DNA of 56,746 nt from an uncultured Gammaproteobacteria bacterium (GTDB taxonomy: Bacteria; Patescibacteriota; Patescibacteriia; Patescibacteriales; UBA12465): contig CAYMZF010000001.1 of NCBI GenBank assembly GCA_964394905.1, positions 1-56,746 on the forward strand. The letters run 5' to 3'. The position numbers and the translations under genes were made by a program. Below are positions 18,273-27,109 of the stretch, in pieces; the stretch's first letter is position 1; each line of letters starts with the position of its first letter. The notes under the pieces are model-generated. The model was not told the DNA's origin, did not search any database, and saw only the letters and a program-made list of their open reading frames with translations.

Positions 18273-18800
18273 TTAACGTTTGGACCATTGTGGAGCTTTT
18301 CGAGCCTTCTTTAAACCCGGTTTCTTTCTTTCTTTTTGACGAGGATCTCTGGTTATATAACCGCTAGTTTTTAAAATAGTTTTTAGTTCAGGATCATATT
18401 TAACTAAAGCCCGAGCAATTCCATGTCGAGTAGCTTCTAATTGACCTAAAAATCCGCCACCCTTAACTATAATTGTAAAATTAAAATCTTTTAATTTAGA
18501 AACAACTTTTAACGGTTGTAAAATAATACTTAAGTTTTCTTCTTTTTTAAAATAGTTTTCCGCCGGGACTCCATTAACTAAAATTTCACCATCACCCTTC
18601 TCAAACATTCTAATCTGAGCCACCGCCGTTTTACGACGACCGATAGCTTTAATAAATTTACCACTAACCGAAACTTTTTTATTTTCTTTTTTTTCGGCTA
18701 CCGGAGTTTCCTTAACCACTTCCTTTTTGACAACTGTTTTTTTAACGATTTCTTTTTTAGGAGAAATTACAGTTTTTTTAACTTTTTTAATATCACTCAT
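18273..18800 (-). CDS. rpsI: 30S ribosomal protein S9 with ~45-aa K/V/E-rich N-terminal extension
   Basis: GRRKTAVAQIRM...ITRDPRQKERKK...KAPQWSKR form the S9 core and C-terminus. Confidence 0.95.
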   Translation of the reverse strand: MSDIKKVKKTVISPKKEIVKKTVVKKEVVKETPVAEKKENKKVSVSGKFIKAIGRRKTAVAQIRMFEKGDGEILVNGVPAENYFKKEENLSIILQPLKVVSKLKDFNFTIIVKGGGFLGQLEATRHGIARALVKYDPELKTILKTSGYITRDPRQKERKKPGLKKARKAPQWSKR

Positions 18801-18849
18801 TTTATTTATAATTAATTAAACAATAAATAGAATTTAAATTATTTAATTA

Positions 18850-19206
18850 CTATCTAATAATTAATCTTTTCATTAAATCATTACGCATTCTAGTCGGAGC
18901 CAACATCTCTTTAACCGCTCGATGTAAAACCTCGGCCGGATCAGCTTTATAAACATCTTTCATTTTCTTTTCTTTTAAACCTCCAATATATCCGGTAAAA
19001 TGATAATACTTTTTTTGATCTAATTTTTTTCCAGTAAATTTAATCTTACTAATATTTGAAACTTCAACCATATCACCTAAATCCAAATGTGGCTCAAATT
19101 CGGGTTTGTTTTTTCCTCTTAAAATATTAGCGATGTTGGTAGCCAAACGACCTATGGTTTGATCCGTAGCGTCAATCTTATGCATTTTTCTTTCAATATT
19201 TTTCAT
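18850..19206 (-). CDS. rplM: 50S ribosomal protein L13
   Basis: IDATDQTIGRLATNIANILRGK L13 N-terminus; precedes rpsI as usual. Confidence 0.9.
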   Translation of the reverse strand: MKNIERKMHKIDATDQTIGRLATNIANILRGKNKPEFEPHLDLGDMVEVSNISKIKFTGKKLDQKKYYHFTGYIGGLKEKKMKDVYKADPAEVLHRAVKEMLAPTRMRNDLMKRLIIR

Positions 19207-19229
19207 ATTTATATTTTATTTAATACTAA

Positions 19230-19580
19230 TTAAACTAATTCAATTTGGACCATTTCCGCTCCATCACCCATTCGAGGACCAATTTTTACTATTCGACAAT
19301 AACCGCCGGCTCGATCTTTATAACGATCACCTAAAACTTCCATTAATTTTTTGACCGCTTTAGGCTGTAAAATAACTTTCAATAAATTACGACGAGCGGT
19401 TAAATCACCTTGCTTGGAAACAGAAATAACTCTTTCCAGTAAAGGTTTAACGGCTTTAGCTTTAGCTTTGGTGGTTGTAACTTTTTCATAAATAATAATA
19501 CTGGAAGCTAAATTTCTAAGCATCAATTCTCGTGGTCCCTTTTCTCTATCTAAAGTTTTTACATTATTTTTATGTCTCAT
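19230..19580 (-). CDS. rplQ: 50S ribosomal protein L17
   Basis: MRHKNNVKTLDR...RNLASSII...GGYCRIVK motifs. Confidence 0.95.
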   Translation of the reverse strand: MRHKNNVKTLDREKGPRELMLRNLASSIIIYEKVTTTKAKAKAVKPLLERVISVSKQGDLTARRNLLKVILQPKAVKKLMEVLGDRYKDRAGGYCRIVKIGPRMGDGAEMVQIELV

Positions 19581-19606
19581 ATTATTTATTTAATTAATAT
19601 TTTTCC

Positions 19607-20419
19607 TTATTTTTTATTCTTAACCGTTTTGGTTGTTTTCTTTTTAGCGCTAACTTCTTCCTTAGTTTCTACGGTAATAGCATCCTCAACTGCAACATCA
19701 GATATATCTTCCAATTTTTCATTATCTTTTAAAGTTGTTAAAGCGTTAAATTGATCAATTAATATTTGAACTGATTGGTTAAAAGCGTCTTCAACTGAAA
19801 TAGTACCGTTAGTTTTAATATCTAAAACTAATTTATCCCAATTAGTCATTTTACCAACACGAACATTTTCCACTTTATAGCTTACTCCGATAACTGGAGT
19901 ATAGATAGAATCAATTTCCATATAATCAACTTCTTTACCATCCTTTTTGTTCTTTTCCGGTAGTAAATAACCCCGACCATTAGCCACATAAATTTCCATA
20001 CCTAAACTACCAACTTGATCGGTAATAGTAGCTAAAACCAAATCGGAATTAATTATTTCAACTTGACTGTCTTTTTTTATATCTTTAGCGGTAACCACCT
20101 TTTTACCCTGAACATTTAATTCTAATTTTAAAACATCTTCCGTATCATTTAAAATTTTTATTTTTAATTGTTTTAAATTTAAAACGATATCCAAAATATC
20201 TTCTTTAATTCCAGGTAAGGCCATAAACTCGTGTTTAGCTCCTTTTATTTTTACTCCAACAACAGCGGAACCAGGCAAAGAAGATAATAATACTCGACGC
20301 AAAGCATTTCCGATGGTATTTCCATAGCCAGGATACAACGGTTCAACAATAACTAAACTTTCGTTAATATTGCCATTTTGTTTAAATTCAATTTTTTTTG
20401 GCAAGGCTATTTTTTCCAT
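19607..20419 (-). CDS. rpoA: DNA-directed RNA polymerase alpha subunit, N-terminal domain only (270 aa)
   Basis: GNTIGNALRRVLLSSLPG and the full alpha-NTD run to ...ILIDQFNAL. A 42-aa acidic/Lys tail follows. No HhH-type alpha-CTD is present. Confidence 0.9.
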   Translation of the reverse strand: MEKIALPKKIEFKQNGNINESLVIVEPLYPGYGNTIGNALRRVLLSSLPGSAVVGVKIKGAKHEFMALPGIKEDILDIVLNLKQLKIKILNDTEDVLKLELNVQGKKVVTAKDIKKDSQVEIINSDLVLATITDQVGSLGMEIYVANGRGYLLPEKNKKDGKEVDYMEIDSIYTPVIGVSYKVENVRVGKMTNWDKLVLDIKTNGTISVEDAFNQSVQILIDQFNALTTLKDNEKLEDISDVAVEDAITVETKEEVSAKKKTTKTVKNKK

Positions 20420-20459
20420 ATTGTTTTTTTAATTAATAAATATTTAATTTAATAAATTA

Positions 20460-21095
20460 TTATTTTGAATAAAACTCAATAATCATATAAGTTTTAATAT
20501 TGGCCGGTAAATCTTGTTGTTGCGGTTCATGTAAAACTTTAACGGATAAATCTTTAGCATCCAATCCCAACCAACTTTTTTGTTCGGGAGCTAAAGTTTT
20601 TAATTTTTCCGGCAAACTAACAAAATATCTATTTTTCTTGGAACTTTTTTTAACTTTTATAATCTGACCGCTTTTTACTTGATAAGAAGGAATATCAACG
20701 GTTCGATCATTAATTGAAAAATGTCCATGATTTACTAATTGTCGAGCTTGAGTACGAGAAGTGGCCAAACCAGAACGATAGATAACATTGTCCAAACGCA
20801 TCTCTAAATATTTTATAAAGTTATTTCCGACGTCACCGCCTTTTTTTTGAACTTTGTCAAAAGACAATTCAAATTGCTTTTCGGTTATTCCATACATTTT
20901 TTTAGCTTTTTGTTTTTCGTTTAATTGCAAACCGTAATCACTGGATCTTTTTTTACCTTTAGGACCATGAAAACCGGGTGGATAATTTCTTTTAACCATA
21001 GCACATTTAGAAGACGAGCAACGTTCTCCTTTTAAAAACAATTTCTCTCCGATACGACGGCATTGTTTGCATTTTGAATCTAATGTTTTTCCCAT
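20460..21095 (-). CDS. rpsD: 30S ribosomal protein S4
   Basis: CKQCRR...C.SSKC zinc knuckle; S4 domain RLDNVIYRSGLATSRTQARQLVNHGH. Confidence 0.95.
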   Translation of the reverse strand: MGKTLDSKCKQCRRIGEKLFLKGERCSSSKCAMVKRNYPPGFHGPKGKKRSSDYGLQLNEKQKAKKMYGITEKQFELSFDKVQKKGGDVGNNFIKYLEMRLDNVIYRSGLATSRTQARQLVNHGHFSINDRTVDIPSYQVKSGQIIKVKKSSKKNRYFVSLPEKLKTLAPEQKSWLGLDAKDLSVKVLHEPQQQDLPANIKTYMIIEFYSK

Positions 21096-21116
21096 ATATA
21101 TTTTTTTATTAATTGA

Positions 21117-21752
21117 TTAAACTCGACGAGGTTTTTTTGGACGACAACCATTATGAGGAACACCGGTAACATCTTTAATACTGGCAATTTCCAATCCATT
21201 GGCATTTAAAGCTCTGATAGCAGCCTCTCGACCGGTACCGACACCAGCCACAAAGACTTTTACCTCTTCCAAACCATATTCTTCCCTAGCTTTCAATACG
21301 GCAATTTTAGTTATTATTTGAGCGGCATAGGGAGTCGCTTTTTTAGCTCCTTTAAAACCGGCCATACCGGCGCTGGCCCAAGAAATAACATTACCGCTCT
21401 TATCGGTTAAAGAAATAATAGTATTGTTATAAGTAGCATTAATATAAGCGTGACCGGATTTAATTTTTATATTTTCTTTCTTCTTTTTTTTCTTAATTAA
21501 TTTCTTTTTACTACGAGCCTGTTTGTTTTTTTCTAATTTTTGTTTTATTTCTTCGGGTAAATCTTCAATCTCGTTTTTAGTTTCGTTTTTTAAATCATCA
21601 TCGGAAAATAAATCATCATCGGCGGAATCAAAATCATCGGCTTCATCTGTTAAAGTCGCTTCAATTTTTTTATCCTCGGGTAAGGAAATATTTTTTTCAT
21701 CCTTGACAATTTCTGTTTCAGGATTTTTTTTATCTTTTTTTTCTTCGGTCAT
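21117..21752 (-). CDS. rpsK: 30S ribosomal protein S11 with ~95-aa acidic/Lys-rich N-terminal extension
   Basis: The S11 core [18 protein letters not shown]...[13 protein letters not shown] occupies the C-terminal ~115 aa. There is no internal Met before the core. Confidence 0.9.
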   Translation of the reverse strand: MTEEKKDKKNPETEIVKDEKNISLPEDKKIEATLTDEADDFDSADDDLFSDDDLKNETKNEIEDLPEEIKQKLEKNKQARSKKKLIKKKKKKENIKIKSGHAYINATYNNTIISLTDKSGNVISWASAGMAGFKGAKKATPYAAQIITKIAVLKAREEYGLEEVKVFVAGVGTGREAAIRALNANGLEIASIKDVTGVPHNGCRPKKPRRV

Positions 21753-21789
21753 ATTTTAATTTTTAATATTTTATTATTGATAAGCAAAA

Positions 21790-22185
21790 TTATGTTTTTT
21801 GAGCACCAGCTTTACTCTTGCCGGAACCCATAGTAACTCTTTTATTACCACGAACAGTTCGACCGTTGGTTTTAGTTCTTTGACCGTGAACCGGTAAATG
21901 TTTAGTATGACAGATACCTTTTCGAGCACCTATTTCTTTATATCGTTTTATATTACTAGCCACTTCTCGACGCAAATCGCCTTCAGTAATATATTTTTTT
22001 TCGATAATATCACGCAAAAGATTAGCCTCTGATTCTTTCAAATCTTTAACTCGAGTATTAGGATCAACTTTGGCTAAATCTAAAATATTTTTAGAAAATT
22101 TAGGACCAATTCCATAAATATAAGTCAAAGCGGTTTCAACTCGCTTGTCGTTTGGAATTGTTACTCCGGATATTCTTACTATCAT
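21790..22185 (-). CDS. rpsM: 30S ribosomal protein S13
   Basis: RISGVTIPNDKRVETALTYIYGIG...GQRTKTN motifs. Confidence 0.95.
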   Translation of the reverse strand: MIVRISGVTIPNDKRVETALTYIYGIGPKFSKNILDLAKVDPNTRVKDLKESEANLLRDIIEKKYITEGDLRREVASNIKRYKEIGARKGICHTKHLPVHGQRTKTNGRTVRGNKRVTMGSGKSKAGAQKT

Positions 22186-22211
22186 AAATGTTATATTAAA
22201 ATAATTTATAA

Positions 22212-22325
22212 TTAACCTTGTCTTTGTTTATGTTTAGGGTTAGAACAAATAACATAAACTCGTCCTTTACGACGAACTATTTTACAATCTTTACAAATTT
22301 TTTTAGCACTAGATCTAACTTTCAT
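22212..22325 (-). CDS. rpmJ: 50S ribosomal protein L36 (not in the ORF track)
   Basis: My translation of the minus strand gives [37 protein letters not shown]. It lies between infA and rpsM, as in the canonical operon. Confidence 0.95.
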   Translation of the reverse strand: MKVRSSAKKICKDCKIVRRKGRVYVICSNPKHKQRQG

Positions 22326-22403
22326 AAATATTTTATAACAGTTAAAATTTTATTTTAAACTGTTTTTTAATTACCAAAATAAAAAATTAACAAAAAACAA
22401 CCT

Positions 22404-22643
22404 TTAAAGGCGAAAAGTTATTCGTCCCTTGCTTAAATCATAAGGGCTCATTTGAACTTTAACCTTATCACCGGGTAAAAGTCTGATTTTATTCATTCTC
22501 ATTTTGCCCGATAAATGACCCAAGATTTCATGACCATTCTCTAATTTTATTTTAAAATTAGCGGCTGGCATCAGTTCCAAGATTTCTCCTTTTAACTCAA
22601 TAAAATCTTTGGCATCAATTATAGAATTTTCATCGTTATTCAT
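22404..22643 (-). CDS. infA: translation initiation factor IF-1
   Basis: S1-like core [49 protein letters not shown] use the ATG at 22641-22643; the ORF-track start at 22649 is a GTG. Confidence 0.9.
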   Translation of the reverse strand: MNNDENSIIDAKDFIELKGEILELMPAANFKIKLENGHEILGHLSGKMRMNKIRLLPGDKVKVQMSPYDLSKGRITFRL

Positions 22644-22649
22644 TAACAC

Positions 22650-22683
22650 AAAAAAACTTGATAGAGATAAAAATCTATATCAA
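22650..22683 (-). terminator. intrinsic terminator after alaS
   Basis: On the minus strand, TTGATATAGAT-TTTT-ATCTCTATCAA (11 bp, 1 mismatch) is followed by GTTTTTTTG. Confidence 0.6.
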
Positions 22684-22701
22684 AATTTTTTAAAAATACA
22701 A
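22674..22701 (-). promoter_or_regulatory. possible infA-operon promoter overlapping the alaS terminator
   Basis: On the minus strand, TTGTAT (22696-22701), a 16-nt spacer, then TGaTATAGA (-10 at 22674-22679). Confidence 0.35.
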
Positions 22702-22742
22702 AAAAATTAATATTCTTAAAATATTGTAAGATAATTATATAT

Positions 22743-24644
22743 TTATTTGATATTATTGTCAAGGGGAATAAGAATGGCTTTTATTCTTCTAACTCCGGAA
22801 CTGGAACTTTCTTCTTTCTGTATCTGAAAATGGCCCAAATCACCAATATTTTTAACATGAGGACCGCCACAAATTTCTTTAGAAAATAGGGCTTCAGGTT
22901 CGGTTGAAAAATCACCAATGGAATAAACCTTTACCCGATCGCCGTATTTGCTTTCAAATACTCCAGTAGCTCCGTAAATTTTAGCTTCATCTAAAGTCAT
23001 TTCTTCGCAACGAACATCATACTTTTTAGAAATAGCTTCATTAACCAAGTCTTCAACCTGTTTTTTTTCTTCCTCGGTCATTTTGTCAGGATAAGAAAAA
23101 TCAAAACGTAAACGCTCGGCGGTAATATTAGCTCCCCGTTGACTAATTTGAGGTCCCAACACTTTTTTTAAAGAAGCTAGTAATAAATGACAAGCAGTAT
23201 GAAGTTTGGTAGTAGCCTCACTTTGATCAGCTAATCCTCCTTTGAATTTTCCAACACTAGCTGTTTTTGATAGCTCTTGATGTTTTAAATATTCTTGTTT
23301 ATATTCTTCAATAAAATTAATTGATTTACTGATATTTTTTTCAGCAATAATTTCTTCGGTCATTTCTAACGGATAACCATGAGTTTGAAAAAGATTAAAA
23401 GCGGTTAAACCATTCATTTCTTTTTTAGATTCAGCTAAAGAATTTAAGATCTTTTCTCCCCGTTCAATCATTTTAGTAAACTTAGCTTCTTCCTCTTTCA
23501 AATTTTCTAGTATAAAAGAACTGTTACGACCTAATTCCTCGTAATCATTTTTATAGAATTTAATTATTACTTCCGCCAATTCTTTTAACCATTGATCATT
23601 ATTAATACCTAATTGGCGACCGGAACGCAAAGCTCGACGAATAAGTCGGCGAATAATATATCCTTGATCAGTATTGGATGGACTTAGTTTTTTATCATCT
23701 CCCATTAAAAAAACCGATGATTTAACATGATCAGCTACTATTTCAAAATATTTTTTATTGTCTTCATATTTTAAACCAGATAACTTTTCAATTTTACTGA
23801 TTAATTCTTGTAAAGAATCAATTTTAAAAATATTATCATAATTATTTACCGCCATAATAATTCTTTCCAGTCCTCCCCCAAAATCAACATTTTTATTTTT
23901 TAATTCTTCCCAACCCGATTCTGTTTTTTTATACTGCATAAAAACAGAATTACCAATTTCAACAAAACGACCGCAATCACAATTAGGGTGACAATAAGGA
24001 CCAAATTTAGGATCGTGCTCTCGGCCGGTATCAAAAAAAGTTTCACTGTCGGGCCCGCCCAATTCTCCAACAGCTTCGCCTCGTTTCCACCAATTTTTAT
24101 CACGATAAGCAAAAATTTTTTGAACGGAAAAATCTATTTTTTGTCCCGAACCAAACTCTCCTTTTCCAACAGTTACCGGACCCTCTTCAGCTATTATTCC
24201 ATATTTTTTATAGATATCCTTTAAAATTAAAATTGCTTCTTCGTCTTTTTTTATTTTTTGACCATCACCGACATAGACCGATTGATAAATTTTATTAATA
24301 TCTAAACCTAATTCTTCTATTAAAAATTCAAACCACCAATTTAATTGCTCAGTTTTAAAATAATCACCCAAACTCCAATTACCTAACATTTCAAAAAAAG
24401 TATTATGACGACCATCGCCAACATCTTCAATATCTTCGCTCCGAAAACATTTTTGACTATTAACTAAACGTTCCCCGGCCGGATGTTTTTCACCTAATAA
24501 ATAAGGAATTAATGGCGACATTCCGGCATTAACAAAAAGAAGACTAGAATCATTTTCCGGAATCAATGAAGCGCTGGAAATAATTTGATGTTGCTTTTTA
24601 GCAAAAAAATTTAAATATTTTTGTCTAATTTCACTGGTAGTCAT
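22743..24644 (-). CDS. alaS: alanine--tRNA ligase, short form (633 aa, no C-Ala domain)
   Basis: The N-terminus SEIRQKYLNFFAKKQHQIISSASLIPENDSSLLFVNAGM and editing-site HTACHLL and CGGPHV motifs are present. The protein ends 12 aa after GVRRIKA. Confidence 0.9.
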   Translation of the reverse strand: MTTSEIRQKYLNFFAKKQHQIISSASLIPENDSSLLFVNAGMSPLIPYLLGEKHPAGERLVNSQKCFRSEDIEDVGDGRHNTFFEMLGNWSLGDYFKTEQLNWWFEFLIEELGLDINKIYQSVYVGDGQKIKKDEEAILILKDIYKKYGIIAEEGPVTVGKGEFGSGQKIDFSVQKIFAYRDKNWWKRGEAVGELGGPDSETFFDTGREHDPKFGPYCHPNCDCGRFVEIGNSVFMQYKKTESGWEELKNKNVDFGGGLERIIMAVNNYDNIFKIDSLQELISKIEKLSGLKYEDNKKYFEIVADHVKSSVFLMGDDKKLSPSNTDQGYIIRRLIRRALRSGRQLGINNDQWLKELAEVIIKFYKNDYEELGRNSSFILENLKEEEAKFTKMIERGEKILNSLAESKKEMNGLTAFNLFQTHGYPLEMTEEIIAEKNISKSINFIEEYKQEYLKHQELSKTASVGKFKGGLADQSEATTKLHTACHLLLASLKKVLGPQISQRGANITAERLRFDFSYPDKMTEEEKKQVEDLVNEAISKKYDVRCEEMTLDEAKIYGATGVFESKYGDRVKVYSIGDFSTEPEALFSKEICGGPHVKNIGDLGHFQIQKEESSSSGVRRIKAILIPLDNNIK

Positions 24645-24651
24645 ATAAATA

Positions 24652-25674
24652 TTATAAAATATTAACTTCTTCTTCTAATGTAAGATTAAATTTATTTTTA
24701 ACTTCTTTTTTTATTATTTTAACTAAATTTAAAACTTCTTTTTGTTTCGCTCCGCCATAATTAACGATTATTAAAGCTTGTTTATCATAAACACCGACAT
24801 TGCCTAAGCGTTCACCTTTTAAACCGCATTGTTCAATTAACCAAGCAGCCGGAATTTTAGCTTGACCGTCTGAAATTATATATTTTAAATCCGAAAATTT
24901 ATTTTTTAAATTATCTAAAGTATCAAAATCGACCAATGGATTTTTAAAAAAAGATCCGGCATTAGATAGTAAGGCGGGGTTAGGTAATTTAGCATCTCTA
25001 ATTTTTATTATAATATCAGCTAATTGTTTTAAATTAGGATCGGTAATTCCCTCTTCACTTAAAGCTGACTGAATACCGGGATAACTTAAATTTAATTTTT
25101 TATTTTTACTTAATTTAAACTCCACCCATAAAATAAAATACTTTCCCTTTAACTTTCCTTTAAAAATACTGTGACGGTAAGAAAATTCACAATCTTTTAA
25201 ATTAAAATATTTTAATTCTCCTGTTTTTATATTAATGGCGGCTAGATTATAAAAACAATCTTTTATTTCCGTTCCATAAGCTCCGATGTTTTGTACTGGG
25301 GCTGCTCCGACCGTTCCCGGAATATAGAAAGTATTTTCTAAACCATACAAATTTCTTTCCATAATAAAATTTACTAATTTTGACCACAATTCCCCACTAT
25401 AAGCTTTAATGATAACATTGTTTTCATTTTCATTTAAAACTTCCAACCCTTTAATTTCGTTTTTAATAACCAAACCGGAAAAGCCTCGATCGGAAAATAG
25501 CGTATTAGAACCACCACCCAAAATAAAAACTTTTTTCAATTTCTTTTTAGCCCAATTTAAGGCTGTTAGCAATTCTTCTTGAGTTTTAACAATCACAAAA
25601 AACTTAGCCACCCCGCCAATTTTAAAAGTAGTATAATCAGCTAATTTAATATTTGTTTTTATTTCTAAATCCAT
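24652..25674 (-). CDS. murB: UDP-N-acetylenolpyruvoylglucosamine reductase
   Basis: FAD-binding FKIGGVAKFF...ILGGGSNTLF, and AAWLIEQCGLKG in the C-terminal domain. Confidence 0.9.
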   Translation of the reverse strand: MDLEIKTNIKLADYTTFKIGGVAKFFVIVKTQEELLTALNWAKKKLKKVFILGGGSNTLFSDRGFSGLVIKNEIKGLEVLNENENNVIIKAYSGELWSKLVNFIMERNLYGLENTFYIPGTVGAAPVQNIGAYGTEIKDCFYNLAAINIKTGELKYFNLKDCEFSYRHSIFKGKLKGKYFILWVEFKLSKNKKLNLSYPGIQSALSEEGITDPNLKQLADIIIKIRDAKLPNPALLSNAGSFFKNPLVDFDTLDNLKNKFSDLKYIISDGQAKIPAAWLIEQCGLKGERLGNVGVYDKQALIIVNYGGAKQKEVLNLVKIIKKEVKNKFNLTLEEEVNIL

Positions 25675-25677
25675 AAA

Positions 25678-27102
25678 TTAAACTTTTATCTTTAACCAAT
25701 GATAACCGATGCGAAAAATATCTCCTGCCCCTAATAATAACAACACATCGTTAGACCCAATTTTACTAGGTAAATACTTTTCAGCGACGTTTAAATCTTT
25801 CAGATATTTAATTGATTGTTTTTTATTTATCGTAGCATTATATTGCCTAATTTTTTCAATTAAATCAATACTGGAGATATGACCTTGTTTTTCTCGAGCC
25901 GAAGAATAAATTTCTATCAAATATAAAACATCGCTTAATAAAAAACTTTTAGCAAAATCGTTTATTAATGCTTCAGTTCGACTAAAAGTGTGAGGATGAA
26001 ACACAGTAATAATATTTTTATTCGGATAACGTTGTTTAACGGCTTGAAGCGAAGCCTTGATTTCACTGGGATGATGGGCGTAATCATCAATTATAATCGC
26101 TCCTTTATAATTCCCTAAAACATCAAATCGACGAGCTGCTCCGGTAAAAGTAACTAAATGTTTTTTTATTGTTTTCAAATTTAAACCCAAATTTAACGAG
26201 GTAATAATAACCGCCAAAGCATTAGAAATATTATGTCGGCCCGGTAAAGAAATTTTAAATGAACCTAAGTTTTTATCACCACAAAACAAAGAAAAAATCT
26301 GACCATTTTTAACGGTTTTTATATCACTGGCATAATATATTTTTTGAGCTCCCTTGTTTATTATTTTATTATTATCGCGAATGTAATAAGCTATGGTTTT
26401 TCCGCGACATCCTTTAGCCGCCAAAGTGGCTAATCTGTCTTCTAAATTAAAAACCAACCAACCGGATTTAGGAATTTTTTTTATAAACTCGGCAAAAACT
26501 TTAAAATATTGTTGTTTATTTTTAAAATAATCGGGATGATCAAAATCAATATTATTCAAAACCACACCTCGCGGATTAAAAAAACGTAATTTATTTTGAT
26601 ATTCATCTGACTCCGCCACAAAATATTTAGATTTACCTATTAAAGCACTGCCTTTAAATTGCTTAACATAAGAACCGGTTAAAACATTAGGTTTTAATCC
26701 GCTTTTTTGTAAAACATAACCCAACCATGAAGTTACGGTTGTTTTGCCGTGACTACCACAAACGGAGATGCCATAATAATTATTAAATAATAAACCTAAA
26801 GCTTCGGCATAAGTAAGTAGAGTGGTTCCTTGATCTTTAAAATATTTTAATTCCACGTTATCGGTAAAATTAAAAGCGGACGAATAAATTACAATGTCAA
26901 TTTTTTTAGGAAAGTTTTTTAAAGAAAAACCTTGTTTAACTTTAATTTTAGCTTGAGCCAAAGTTTTGTCAGTCGGAAACCTGTCACTAACATCTGAACC
27001 ACTAACTGAAAAACCGGTACCTTTAAGAAATTGAGCCAACATCGCCATACCCACCCCTTTAATTCCAACCATGTAAATATTTTTATAATCTGTTATTTTC
27101 AT
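25678..27102 (-). CDS. murC: UDP-N-acetylmuramate--L-alanine ligase
   Basis: GIKGVGMAMLAQFL and the Mur-ligase P-loop GSHGKTTVTS; DDYAHHPSEI. Confidence 0.9.
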   Translation of the reverse strand: MKITDYKNIYMVGIKGVGMAMLAQFLKGTGFSVSGSDVSDRFPTDKTLAQAKIKVKQGFSLKNFPKKIDIVIYSSAFNFTDNVELKYFKDQGTTLLTYAEALGLLFNNYYGISVCGSHGKTTVTSWLGYVLQKSGLKPNVLTGSYVKQFKGSALIGKSKYFVAESDEYQNKLRFFNPRGVVLNNIDFDHPDYFKNKQQYFKVFAEFIKKIPKSGWLVFNLEDRLATLAAKGCRGKTIAYYIRDNNKIINKGAQKIYYASDIKTVKNGQIFSLFCGDKNLGSFKISLPGRHNISNALAVIITSLNLGLNLKTIKKHLVTFTGAARRFDVLGNYKGAIIIDDYAHHPSEIKASLQAVKQRYPNKNIITVFHPHTFSRTEALINDFAKSFLLSDVLYLIEIYSSAREKQGHISSIDLIEKIRQYNATINKKQSIKYLKDLNVAEKYLPSKIGSNDVLLLLGAGDIFRIGYHWLKIKV

Positions 27103-27109
27103 ATTAAAA

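Noticed and set aside
22338-22363. AT-rich hairpin (ACAGTTAAAAT / ATTTTAAACTGT) between infA and rpmJ.
   Set aside because: It is almost entirely A-T pairs with a bulge. The T-run follows it only on the non-coding (plus) strand. It is likely incidental or a minor processing site.
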